Made by a program: the position numbers and the translations under genes | NCBI GenBank assembly: GCA_024698885.1 | Contig: JAILQQ010000054.1 | Span: 619-64,618 of the forward strand | Length of the DNA: 64,000 nt | Direction of reading: 5' to 3' | From: Lachnospiraceae bacterium | GTDB lineage: Bacteria; Bacillota; Clostridia; Lachnospirales; Lachnospiraceae | The notes under the pieces: generated by a model | The model's input: only the letters and a program-made list of their open reading frames with translations | What the model was told of the DNA's origin: nothing | Databases searched by the model: none | In this document: piece by piece, positions 36,555 to 45,413 of the stretch | Layout of the letters: the number at the start of each line of letters is the position of its first letter | How positions within the stretch are numbered: position 1 is the stretch's first letter

Positions 36555-36674
36555 CGACCGGATCATTTCTGCGCCGATTTGCCCGCAAATCGTGCGCTTA
36601 GGCATGATCTTCAGATCATGCCGATTCGGTCTGCTTGCAGACCGAATCATTTCTTTGTTTGCGCCAATCTGCCC
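36555..36674 (-). repeat. Modular three-hairpin repeat, single diverged unit plus partial flanks
   Basis: Same H1-H2-H3 order as at 18501. The paired substitutions keep all three stems intact, for example GGCATGATC-TTCA-GATCATGCC and GATTCGGTCTG-CTTG-CAGACCGAATC. Confidence 0.88.
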
Positions 36675-36756
36675 CAGTTTACCATATATCTCCGCGCTGC
36701 GCAACGGAAGCCCCCGCCTCTTCCAAGGTCCCTGCATGGCGCGGAAAACCGTTAAG

Positions 36757-37482
36757 CTACTGCCCTTCCGCTCTCTCGCCGTACAGGCATGGTTCCCCTT
36801 TTTTCCCGGGGAAAAGGTATCCCGTCAGATTTCTGGCAACTTCGTCGTGCCGTCTCAGGATCACCTTTATATCCTCGCTGCAGAGCTTCATGGCCTGCAG
36901 GATCGAAAAGCGTATCATAAACATCAGATCCGTCCTGGCATCCGGCCCGTAGGCGCTCAGAAATTCGACGCGCAGACTCCCCGACGGCAGTCTGTGTATC
37001 AGAAGAAATCCGTTGATCCGGTTATCTGTCTCCAGATAGCAGGAGATATCCGGATCGAACCAGGAAAAAGGCAGCGATCCGAGATCCTCGACCACTTCCC
37101 GTTTTGTATGGAAGATGCAGTTCATCAGTCCCCGCCTGAAAAGAGGCTCATTGAGCGTCCCCAGAGCCCTCATGGCTGACGGCACCCTTTTTTTACTGAC
37201 AACGCCGAGACCGGAAAGATCCCTGACCGTAACGGTAAGATCCTCCCCCTCTTTTTCCGTAACGGAAAAGCCCGCGTCACGAAGGATATCAGGCAGTTCC
37301 CCCGATACCTCCCCGGGGAGCTCCGTAAGATAATCATCCGTTAGCAGGATATTCAGAAGATCCTGATCACTGTCCTCATCCTCAAAATATAGCAAACGAC
37401 AAAACTCTTTTCGTTTTGGCGTTTGCTGCGCCGGATTTTGGCCGCTTCCTGCGGCATATTTCCTTACAAAATCCGTGCGCAT
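36757..37482 (-). CDS. Hypothetical protein (C-terminal half weakly GNAT-like)
   Basis: 241-aa ORF, last gene of a tightly packed four-gene string. The GNAT resemblance rests on pattern only (GFLLIHRLPSGSLRVEFLSAYG). The start is uncertain because the SD abuts the ATG. Confidence 0.5.
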   Translation of the reverse strand: MRTDFVRKYAAGSGQNPAQQTPKRKEFCRLLYFEDEDSDQDLLNILLTDDYLTELPGEVSGELPDILRDAGFSVTEKEGEDLTVTVRDLSGLGVVSKKRVPSAMRALGTLNEPLFRRGLMNCIFHTKREVVEDLGSLPFSWFDPDISCYLETDNRINGFLLIHRLPSGSLRVEFLSAYGPDARTDLMFMIRFSILQAMKLCSEDIKVILRRHDEVARNLTGYLFPGKKGEPCLYGERAEGQ

Positions 37483-37496
37483 CCTCCCTCATCAGC

Positions 37497-37988
37497 TCAG
37501 ATCTTTTTATAGCCTTTTCGCTTCCTGGCCCGGTCGATCAGCGCCTCGGCCTCGTCAAAGGCTTCCGGCAGGAAACGGTTTGTATCTTCCCTCCCCTCCT
37601 TCTCCTTTGCCTTGATCTTTTCCCAGTTTGCAAGAACCTCTTCGCTGTCCTTTACCTTTACCTTATCCTCCCCGAATACATGGGGATGCCGCCGGATCAG
37701 CTTTTCAGTGATGCCCTGCGCCACCTCGTCTATGGTGAACAGTCCCTCTTCCTCCGCGATCTGCGCCTGCATCATCACCTGCAGCAGAAGATCCCCGAGC
37801 TCCTCCTTCAGATTATCGGGATTCCCGGTCCTTTCATACACATTGATCCCGCAGATCACCTCCGCCGCCTCCTCGATAACGGCCGGCTTCAGGCTTCCGT
37901 GCGTCTGCTCCCGGTCCCACGGGCAGCCGTCCGGTTCCCGCAGTCGTTTTACCACATCTCTCAGTTCATCCATCGTTTTCATGATCAT
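37497..37988 (-). CDS. mazG: MazG-family nucleoside triphosphate pyrophosphohydrolase
   Basis: CPWDREQTH, EEAAEV and ELGDLLLQV motifs. Confidence 0.88.
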   Translation of the reverse strand: MIMKTMDELRDVVKRLREPDGCPWDREQTHGSLKPAVIEEAAEVICGINVYERTGNPDNLKEELGDLLLQVMMQAQIAEEEGLFTIDEVAQGITEKLIRRHPHVFGEDKVKVKDSEEVLANWEKIKAKEKEGREDTNRFLPEAFDEAEALIDRARKRKGYKKI

Positions 37989-37997
37989 TTTACTCCT

Positions 37998-39719
37998 CTA
38001 TAATTCCAGTTCAAGCATATTCCGGTTGAAGCTCATGGTCATCAGGTGCTTTTCGTTATGGCACCAGTGTGACAGCAGGCCGGGAACGATATAGCAGCGG
38101 ATCGAGCTGACCTCAAGGTTCTGGTCCATCAGATTAAGCGGAACGCCATTGTCCCGCATGATGATGGAAAGCTTCTCCTGAGAGATCGTAAGCGCAGCCT
38201 CCCCCTGTACGTTCCCGGCGGGATTGTTTTCGTATACCATCATGAACAGTTCCTCAAATACGAGCGTACTCCTGACGACAGCCTTTTCCGGCACGCCGTT
38301 CTCCGAAAGCACTGCCGCAAAGGCGTCCCTGACCTTCATGATCTCCTCCGGAAAAACCCGTAACTCAAACAGATAGCTTTTCACCGCCTGCTCCCGTTCC
38401 GCTATCAGGAGCGGAACGTTTTCCCTTCCGTACCGTCTGGCGATATAGATCAGGGCAACCAGAAGCGCAAGCATAGGGCCAACGGCAAACCCGGCGAATA
38501 CGCCGTAGATCCCGAAGATCATCCCAAGAAGGAGCAGACTGGGAAGTAAAACAGCCACATCCCGCATGGCGCTGACCCAGAAGCTTAACGAGATCCTGTC
38601 AAGCAGCAGATAGTAGGCGGGCAGCAGATACAGTAAACATACAAAAGGCATTCCCGGCGCCATCAGGATAATGCCGGTGGAAGCGGTATGATGCAGGCCG
38701 GGATCCGTGATGCCCAAAACCCCCGGCAGTACCGGCGACAGGGCCGCAAGCAGAAGCGCCATCCCGGTCCCCTCGATCATGGCCGTGGTAACAGCAAGAC
38801 GCCAGATCTTACGCACGCCGGGAAAGCAGTCCTCCGAAAGGTACACACTGATGATCGGCGTGATCGCTTCTCCGATCCCGTCAAAGATCATCTGAAACTG
38901 CTGTACAAGCAGGATAACAGATACCATGATCAGCATCTGATCGCCAAAACGCCATAAAACAAACTTATTCAGGATGCAGGAAAAAACCGCAAGAAACAGA
39001 TAGCAGCCGGCATCCGCCAGGCTGTAGCTGACCGTATCGCAAAGGATAGAAAAAGAAAAGAACAGATTCGGCCGAAGGGAATTGCCCTTTTTAAGCAGAT
39101 GGGAGAAGCTGAGCAGAACATGCAGAATAACGGCGATCGCCGTTCCCAGGCCGATCCCGGCTATCCCCATTTTGCGGCAGAGTATGATCGAAAGCACTAT
39201 GTTGGAAACAGCTTCCACGATCGTTACGAATAAGGTACAGGCTTCATCGCCGTCGGCAAAAACCATTTCCACGACCACCTCGGCTAAAGGCGTCGCAAGC
39301 AGCGCAAACCGGACCCAGTAATAATAATCAGCGGAAAGCGAGATCAGCTCCGTGGGCAGCTGATAAAAACGGAAATACAGGTCGCGGAAAAACGTCAGCA
39401 GAAAAAAGATCAGGATACCGGCCGCCAAAGCGGTCGTAAGACCTGTCCCGAAGATCCTGTCGGCCTCCTTTTTATGGAAGTTCCCCATCTCATTGGAGTA
39501 CATGATCGGGATGCCGACAGATATGAGCATAGCCAGAAAAAAACCGAGGTTAAAGACGGGTGCGACCAGATTGACTGCTGAAACAGCCCTGTGCCCCAGA
39601 AATATACCGGAAATGAGCGAATCCGTGATCAGCAGCAAAGAATTGCTGACACTGGAAAAGGTCGCACCAAGCAGCATGGAGCGGTATTTTTTTCTCATCA
39701 TGCCAAGCCCCTGTTTCAC
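37998..39719 (-). CDS. MATE-like polytopic membrane protein with extra C-terminal cytoplasmic domain (HATPase_c_2 / anti-sigma-kinase-like by pattern)
   Basis: About 440 aa of 12-TM MATE-like sequence is followed by about 130 aa. That tail contains VFEELFMMVYENN...GEAALTISQEKLSIIMRDNGVPLN. The start is GTG at 39719, or one of the ATGs a few codons in. Confidence 0.7.
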   Translation of the reverse strand: MKQGLGMMRKKYRSMLLGATFSSVSNSLLLITDSLISGIFLGHRAVSAVNLVAPVFNLGFFLAMLISVGIPIMYSNEMGNFHKKEADRIFGTGLTTALAAGILIFFLLTFFRDLYFRFYQLPTELISLSADYYYWVRFALLATPLAEVVVEMVFADGDEACTLFVTIVEAVSNIVLSIILCRKMGIAGIGLGTAIAVILHVLLSFSHLLKKGNSLRPNLFFSFSILCDTVSYSLADAGCYLFLAVFSCILNKFVLWRFGDQMLIMVSVILLVQQFQMIFDGIGEAITPIISVYLSEDCFPGVRKIWRLAVTTAMIEGTGMALLLAALSPVLPGVLGITDPGLHHTASTGIILMAPGMPFVCLLYLLPAYYLLLDRISLSFWVSAMRDVAVLLPSLLLLGMIFGIYGVFAGFAVGPMLALLVALIYIARRYGRENVPLLIAEREQAVKSYLFELRVFPEEIMKVRDAFAAVLSENGVPEKAVVRSTLVFEELFMMVYENNPAGNVQGEAALTISQEKLSIIMRDNGVPLNLMDQNLEVSSIRCYIVPGLLSHWCHNEKHLMTMSFNRNMLELEL

Positions 39720-40105
39720 TGCTTTGCGGACCCGGACTCAGAATCCTGTTTCTTCCGGTTCTTTCTGGAAAAACGCCTTCTCTTTTCCGTGCCACCTTCG
39801 GTTTTTGCGGCGGCCGGTTCCTTTTTCCCGATCTCCTCGGCATACCAGTTCGCCACATCCTTCGGCGGATCATATTTGATCATGTTATAAAGCGTGGCAG
39901 CCATATCGGGGATCTTCGTATTAACCGGAAAATACTGCATTTCCTTATTCGGCGTCTTAATACGCAGGCTGATGCATTCATCCCCCTCAAACGACATCCT
40001 GCAGACGATCCCGCGCTCCTTTGATCCGAGCAGGACGCTGTTCTCACTTCTTTTGATCTCCGATACGCCAAAGACTACCTTGACCTTCTCCAAATCCGTA
40101 TTCAT
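39716..40105 (-). CDS. Hypothetical small protein with basic C-terminal tail
   Basis: The MNTDLEKVKVVFG start at 40105 follows GGAGGG. Its stop overlaps the start of the MATE-like gene. Confidence 0.6.
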   Translation of the reverse strand: MNTDLEKVKVVFGVSEIKRSENSVLLGSKERGIVCRMSFEGDECISLRIKTPNKEMQYFPVNTKIPDMAATLYNMIKYDPPKDVANWYAEEIGKKEPAAAKTEGGTEKRRRFSRKNRKKQDSESGSAKQ

Positions 40106-40316
40106 AATCCCTCCGTGTCCGTAAAACCACCAGGCAGCTGTTGGGATCATTATATCATAGTTTTACCGTGTTCTCAAATTATCAGATCATGTTACGATCA
40201 GCGTCCATCCAGCCGGCCGCTGATCGTAATGGTTTGCTGCCACGCAACAAGTGCGCGGCTCGGCGAGTCAACGGGGAGTCAACGGGGACGGTTCTTTTTC
40301 TTCCCCAAAATCCACC

Positions 40317-40345
40317 TTGCATTTTGACAAACCGGCCTCTATAAT
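40317..40345 (+). promoter_or_regulatory. Sigma-A-type promoter of the toxin-antitoxin pair
   Basis: TTGCAT (40317..40322), a 17-nt spacer, then TATAAT (40340..40345). The palindrome GGTCA-AGA-TGACC just downstream is a possible autoregulatory operator. Confidence 0.55.
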
Positions 40346-40387
40346 ATGGTCAAGATGACCAATATGATTCTTGTGAGGTGAATGTGT

Positions 40388-40627
40388 ATGCAAGTAAGTA
40401 TATTAGAAGCAAAAACCAATCTATCAAGTCTGGTAAGGCTTGTTGAAACAGGAAAAGAGGAAAGCATCATAATTTCAAGATACGGAAATCCCATAGTAAA
40501 AATCGTGATCTGCAATGACAAGCCTGTATCCAGAAGAATCGGCATAGCGAAAGGAAAGCTAGAGTCTCCGTCGGATCTGGATCTGCATAATGATGAGATA
40601 TTGGAAATGTTTGGAGGTGCGCTGTGA
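40388..40627 (+). CDS. Phd/YefM-family type II antitoxin
   Basis: The MQVSILEAKTNLSSLVRLVETGKE N-terminus is typical of the family. GAGG lies 9 nt upstream. The stop overlaps the toxin start (GTGA). Confidence 0.85.
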   Translation: MQVSILEAKTNLSSLVRLVETGKEESIIISRYGNPIVKIVICNDKPVSRRIGIAKGKLESPSDLDLHNDEILEMFGGAL

Positions 40628-41028
40628 ATCTGCTTCTGGATACACACATTCTGATCTGGGCTTTAAATGAAGATCCAAGACTTCCGGCAAAGGCAAAAGA
40701 CCTGATCCTCGATGAGAACAATTCTGTTTATTACAGCGTAGTCTCTTTGTGGGAGGTGTCGATTAAGCACGCGGGCCATCCTGACAACGTAAAATTTACC
40801 GGAAAGGAACTTTCCGAATTTTGTCGTGAGGCAGGTTTTCTGTCGCTCGAAATGCGTGACAGGCACGTGTTCGCTTTAGAAACAGTTAAAAGAGCGTCCG
40901 GGGCTCCTCTGCATAATGATCCGTTTGACAGAATGCTCATCGCCCAGGCAAAGGCTGAAAAAATGTCCTTTATTACGCACGATTCCCTGCTCCCATACTA
41001 CAGCGAGGACTGCATAACACCGGTTTAA
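40624..41028 (+). CDS. vapC: PIN-domain VapC-family type II toxin
   Basis: LLLDTHILIW carries the first acidic residue. DPFDRMLIAQA is the C-terminal PIN motif. GTG start. Confidence 0.88.
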   Translation: MNLLLDTHILIWALNEDPRLPAKAKDLILDENNSVYYSVVSLWEVSIKHAGHPDNVKFTGKELSEFCREAGFLSLEMRDRHVFALETVKRASGAPLHNDPFDRMLIAQAKAEKMSFITHDSLLPYYSEDCITPV

Positions 41029-41126
41029 GCTGCGAGAAACCACAACTTACAAAACCATTCCGGTGTGGTATAGTAATGGAAAAAGACTCCGAAATCGAAA
41101 TCGAAAACGAAAGGAAACGACGGAAA

Positions 41127-43055
41127 ATGAAGAGATTGCTTATACTGATCATGGGGGCAGTGATACTGTCCTGCCTGCCCGGCTGTGATGCGGCAGGCGG
41201 CGGTACCGGCGCCGGAAACGGGCTGCGCAGCAATAACGATAATGTCAAGTACTGGGGCGATGAAGGCTCCTGCGGAGAGAACATCACCTGGACCTACGAT
41301 AAAGCAAAGAAAACACTGACCATTACCGGTACCGGCGAAATGGAGACGCCCGAAACCCATATGTGGTCGGATTATGAGATCGATCAGCTGATCCTCTCCG
41401 AGGGCATCACGTCCATCGCTGACGGCGCGTTTTACGCAAATTACGGCCTGACGGGAGAGCTTGTTCTGCCCGAAAGCCTGAAGGAGATCGGAGAATTCGC
41501 GTTTTACGGCTGCGAGGGCCTGACGGGAGAACTGATCCTGCCGGACAGCGTGGAAACAGTGGGCGATTACGCCTTTACGAGGTGTACGGGCTTTTCGGGG
41601 ATAAGCCTTTCGCGCTCATTAAAATACATCGGCGTCGAATCGTTTAAGGAAATGCACGGGCTTACGGGCTCCCTGATCCTGCCGGAGGGGCTTGAGACCA
41701 TCGGTCGGGTCGCCTTCAGCCGGTGTGAAAACCTGCGGGGAGATCTGAAGCTTCCGGATTCCGTCACCTTTATCGGCGACTATACCTTTGCGGAATGCGG
41801 CTTTGACGGCACGCTGACCCTCTCAAAGGGGCTCACCGAGATCCCGGATGCCGCTTTTACGAGCTGTAAGAGCTTTAAGGGCGATCTGGTCATTCCGGAG
41901 GGGGTAACCTCCGTCGGCATGCGCGCCTTTGCGGAGGATGGCTTTGACGGTACGCTGACGCTCCCGGAAGGGCTTGAATACATCGGCATCAGTTCCTTTA
42001 CCTGTCCGTCCTTCACCGGACCGCTTGTGATCCCGGACAGCGTTACGCTGATCGACAGTTCCGCCTTCTTAGCCTGCAAGGGCTTCACATCCCTGCAGCT
42101 GCCAAAGGGGCTTCAGTATATTCGCGATGATGTATTTTTGCAGTGCGAAGGGATGACCGGCGAGCTTAAGCTCCCTTCTTCCCTGGTCGTGATCGGGGAC
42201 GGTGCCTTCAGCGCAACCTCCTTTACGGGAGAGCTTACGCTCCCGGCGGGACTTGAATCCATCGGAAGCAGCAGCTTCAGCGGCTGCAGCAAACTAACCT
42301 CGATCAAAGGCTTCCCCGATACGCTGCGGCATATCAAAAGATCAGCCTTTATCGGCTGCAGTTCCCTGAAGGGAGAGCTTGTGCTCCCTGAAAAAACGGC
42401 GTATATCGGGACCGATGCTTTCAGGAACTGCCCCCTGCTTACAAAGGTCACCTTCGGCAAGTATGTAAAGAGCATCGGCGCAGGCGCCTTTGCCGGCTGT
42501 GATGCCTTAAAGACAGTGGAATTTACGGGAGATATCCCGGATTATTACGGACCTTCAGAGAAAGAACCGAGCTTCCCCGAGGGCTGTAAGGTCGACGCGC
42601 CTGCTTCTGCCGATAAGCTGTCGGAGATCTGGGCCAAAAAGGCCTCGCAGACCGGTCCCGGAAACGGGGAAAACGGAAACGATGACATGCTGTCGGAGGA
42701 GCCCTGGTACTGGACGATGTCCCTTACCGGCAATATCTTCCAGGGCGGCGGATATTACGCGGATGTTGTGCTGTATTTTGACGACGCGGATATCCTCGTT
42801 AAGATCAACGGCCGCGATTTTCTGACGGTTCCGTATTATGCCGATCAAAACGCTTACAGTGAAGAGGAGCAGGTGGTTCTGACCGATGGCTTCTTCTGCC
42901 GTGACGGCTGTATCACGAGCCTGAAATTTGAAAACGGCTTCGGAAATGATGAACAGCTTTATGCTGAACTGGTAAAGGAAGACGGTTCCTCAGAAGAGGT
43001 GGTATTCCATACCGGCTCCGAGGAATGCCTGTATCTCACAGAAGATGCGCCCTGA
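41127..43055 (+). CDS. BspA-type leucine-rich-repeat surface lipoprotein
   Basis: MKRLLILIMGAVILSCLPGC contains a lipobox. More than 14 repeats of about 23 aa follow the pattern L.LP..L..IG..AF..C..LTG. The C-terminal domain is unassigned. Confidence 0.85.
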   Translation: MKRLLILIMGAVILSCLPGCDAAGGGTGAGNGLRSNNDNVKYWGDEGSCGENITWTYDKAKKTLTITGTGEMETPETHMWSDYEIDQLILSEGITSIADGAFYANYGLTGELVLPESLKEIGEFAFYGCEGLTGELILPDSVETVGDYAFTRCTGFSGISLSRSLKYIGVESFKEMHGLTGSLILPEGLETIGRVAFSRCENLRGDLKLPDSVTFIGDYTFAECGFDGTLTLSKGLTEIPDAAFTSCKSFKGDLVIPEGVTSVGMRAFAEDGFDGTLTLPEGLEYIGISSFTCPSFTGPLVIPDSVTLIDSSAFLACKGFTSLQLPKGLQYIRDDVFLQCEGMTGELKLPSSLVVIGDGAFSATSFTGELTLPAGLESIGSSSFSGCSKLTSIKGFPDTLRHIKRSAFIGCSSLKGELVLPEKTAYIGTDAFRNCPLLTKVTFGKYVKSIGAGAFAGCDALKTVEFTGDIPDYYGPSEKEPSFPEGCKVDAPASADKLSEIWAKKASQTGPGNGENGNDDMLSEEPWYWTMSLTGNIFQGGGYYADVVLYFDDADILVKINGRDFLTVPYYADQNAYSEEEQVVLTDGFFCRDGCITSLKFENGFGNDEQLYAELVKEDGSSEEVVFHTGSEECLYLTEDAP

Positions 43056-43070
43056 ACCGGCGTCGTCCTT

Positions 43071-44435
43071 CTATCCGGTCCGGAAGGCTCGTTTTCTGAC
43101 CACATAATACGTTGTCATCATCACGATTCCCGTAAAGACCCAGGAAACCGGATAAACATACATCAGCATCTCAAACGTATGATGCGCCCTGACCACCGTA
43201 AAGACCCAGGTGAGTCTTAAGACACAGGTTCCGAATACGGAGATAAGCGCGGGGAGGAGCGAATAGTTCATGCCTCTGATGGCCCCCCCGCTTATCTCGT
43301 AGCTCGCGATCAGAAAATGGAATACACATACGCACATGATCCGCAGATTCGCATAGTGGAGCACCGCCTCGTCCATCGTGAAAAGGCTCATGATCTGCAC
43401 CCTGAAAAGGAGCGAAAGCGCGAGATAGCAAAGATCCATCCCGATCCCCATTAACATCGAATACCGGAAAACCTTGCGGCATCTTTCCTGGTTACCGGCA
43501 CCGTAGTTCTGGCTGGTAAAGGTAACGGCGGTCTGCCCGAAGGCATTGATGATGCAGAACGAGATAAATTCCAGATTCTGCGCCGCGGTGGAGCCCGCGA
43601 TCGCATCAGCCCCGAAGCTGTTGATGGAGGACTGGATGACGACGTTTGAAAGCGAAAAGATCATGCCCTGCACGCCGGCGGGGATGCCCACCCTGATCAT
43701 TCCCGCCAGGTAAACGCTTTTGATGCGGATCTTTCGGAAGGAAAAGCGGAAGGTCTCCTCCTCTGTCATGAGAAAGTAAAGCACCAGAGCCGAGGCAAAG
43801 ATATTGGAAACAGTCGTTGCCACCGCTACGCCGATCACATGAAGATGAAAGACGATCACAAGGATAAGGTTCAGGATGATATTGATCACGCCAGATAAGA
43901 AAAGCGCGATCAGCGGGCGTCTGCTGTCGCCCTTGCTCCGAAGCACCGCCGCCGAAAAATTGTAAAGCAGGATAAAGGGCATTGCCAGACAATAGACCCT
44001 GAGGTATAAGATCGCGTAGCCCATAACCTCCGCCGGCGCGCCCATCGCCGAAAGGATCGGTCCGGCCGCGAAAAATCCGATGGTCATGGCGATCAGGCCC
44101 GCAATAAACGAGACCGCGATGACCGTATGCAGCGCCTCATTGATCTTTTCCCGGTTCCCGGCGCCGATCAGGCTTGCGATCACCACGTTTGCCCCCACCG
44201 AAAGCCCCATAAAAAGCCCCAGGATCAGACTGCTCACCGAGGCATTGCTCCCGACGGCCGCCATATGATTGGCGCTGGCAAACCGCCCCACCACCGCGAT
44301 ATCCGCGGCATTGAACAGCTGTTGGAGAATACTGGTTGCCATGAGCGGAAGCGCGAATTTGATCAGCTTATCCGCTATGGAACCATGGGTCATATCTATT
44401 TCGTTTTTTCTTTTCTTTTCACGTGCTTCGATCAT
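43071..44435 (-). CDS. MATE-family efflux transporter
   Basis: 454 aa, 12 TM. The GSIADKLIKFALPLMATSILQQLFNAADIAVVGR N-terminus is typical of MATE transporters. Confidence 0.9.
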   Translation of the reverse strand: MIEAREKKRKNEIDMTHGSIADKLIKFALPLMATSILQQLFNAADIAVVGRFASANHMAAVGSNASVSSLILGLFMGLSVGANVVIASLIGAGNREKINEALHTVIAVSFIAGLIAMTIGFFAAGPILSAMGAPAEVMGYAILYLRVYCLAMPFILLYNFSAAVLRSKGDSRRPLIALFLSGVINIILNLILVIVFHLHVIGVAVATTVSNIFASALVLYFLMTEEETFRFSFRKIRIKSVYLAGMIRVGIPAGVQGMIFSLSNVVIQSSINSFGADAIAGSTAAQNLEFISFCIINAFGQTAVTFTSQNYGAGNQERCRKVFRYSMLMGIGMDLCYLALSLLFRVQIMSLFTMDEAVLHYANLRIMCVCVFHFLIASYEISGGAIRGMNYSLLPALISVFGTCVLRLTWVFTVVRAHHTFEMLMYVYPVSWVFTGIVMMTTYYVVRKRAFRTG

Positions 44436-44653
44436 TTCCGCCGCTCAAGATCCGATCACCGGTGTTATGGTACTCGTTTTTCCTCTCAAATGGTATGATC
44501 ACATCATAGCATTTTCCGCAATCTGCTTCAAGGCATCTTCGGGGTGTATACGGGGCGGTTCAGCGTATGGCAAAAATGTGGTATTATATAGTAAACGCAA
44601 TTACTTATAGCGTTTACTATGATACAAATATAGATTGAAAAGGATGGAAGAAA

Positions 44654-45406
44654 ATGCTGCTATATGCTCTGGCGCTGGCGCCGTCGATCATACTTTTGAT
44701 CTGGCTGCTTCGGATAAAAAGATATTCCCCTTACCCAAAGGGGATCGTTGCCGGAATGTTCGCCGGGGGAGCCGCATGCGCGGTGCTTGTCGGGATCATA
44801 TTCTGGGCGATCGATTATTTCCCCGTCATGCGGACCGTCGGATCAGAGAGGTTTTTTGAACTGTTTCTTTCGGAGGATCCGACAGAGCTCGAAAGCCTTC
44901 AGAACGAGCTCTCCCCGTTTGGCGGGTATATGACGCTCCCTTCCATTCTCTGGGAGAATTTTATATCCACCGCTGCCGCGGAAGAGATCGCGAAATACCT
45001 TGTCGCCGTTTTCTTTATCAAAAGGATCGACGCAAAGTACACCGTATTTGACGCTGTCGTATGCAGTTCGATCACCGCCGTCGGATTTCAGCTGATCGAG
45101 GATCTCATGTATCTCGACGGTACTTTAGTGACTGCCGTCGTCCGGGGCATAACGCCCTTTCACTTCACGTACGGAGCGATCATGGGATTCTTTATCGGAA
45201 GAGCCATTGCCACCGGAAATAAGCAGTACCGTCTGAAGGCGCTGCTCATTCCGATCCTGATCCACGGGATCTATGATTTCAGTATTTATCTGGTAGATGC
45301 AGACGACTGGTTCCTTCTGCTCTTCTTTGTCATATATGGCCTGCTTGCGGCACTCACAATCTATATCATCACAAGGATCCACAGGATGGGCAGAAGATGT
45401 TCATAG
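44654..45406 (+). CDS. prsW: PrsW-family intramembrane glutamic/metallo-protease
   Basis: AAAEEIAKY and HGIYDF motifs in a polytopic membrane protein. Confidence 0.8.
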   Translation: MLLYALALAPSIILLIWLLRIKRYSPYPKGIVAGMFAGGAACAVLVGIIFWAIDYFPVMRTVGSERFFELFLSEDPTELESLQNELSPFGGYMTLPSILWENFISTAAAEEIAKYLVAVFFIKRIDAKYTVFDAVVCSSITAVGFQLIEDLMYLDGTLVTAVVRGITPFHFTYGAIMGFFIGRAIATGNKQYRLKALLIPILIHGIYDFSIYLVDADDWFLLLFFVIYGLLAALTIYIITRIHRMGRRCS

Positions 45407-45413
45407 GTTCCGG

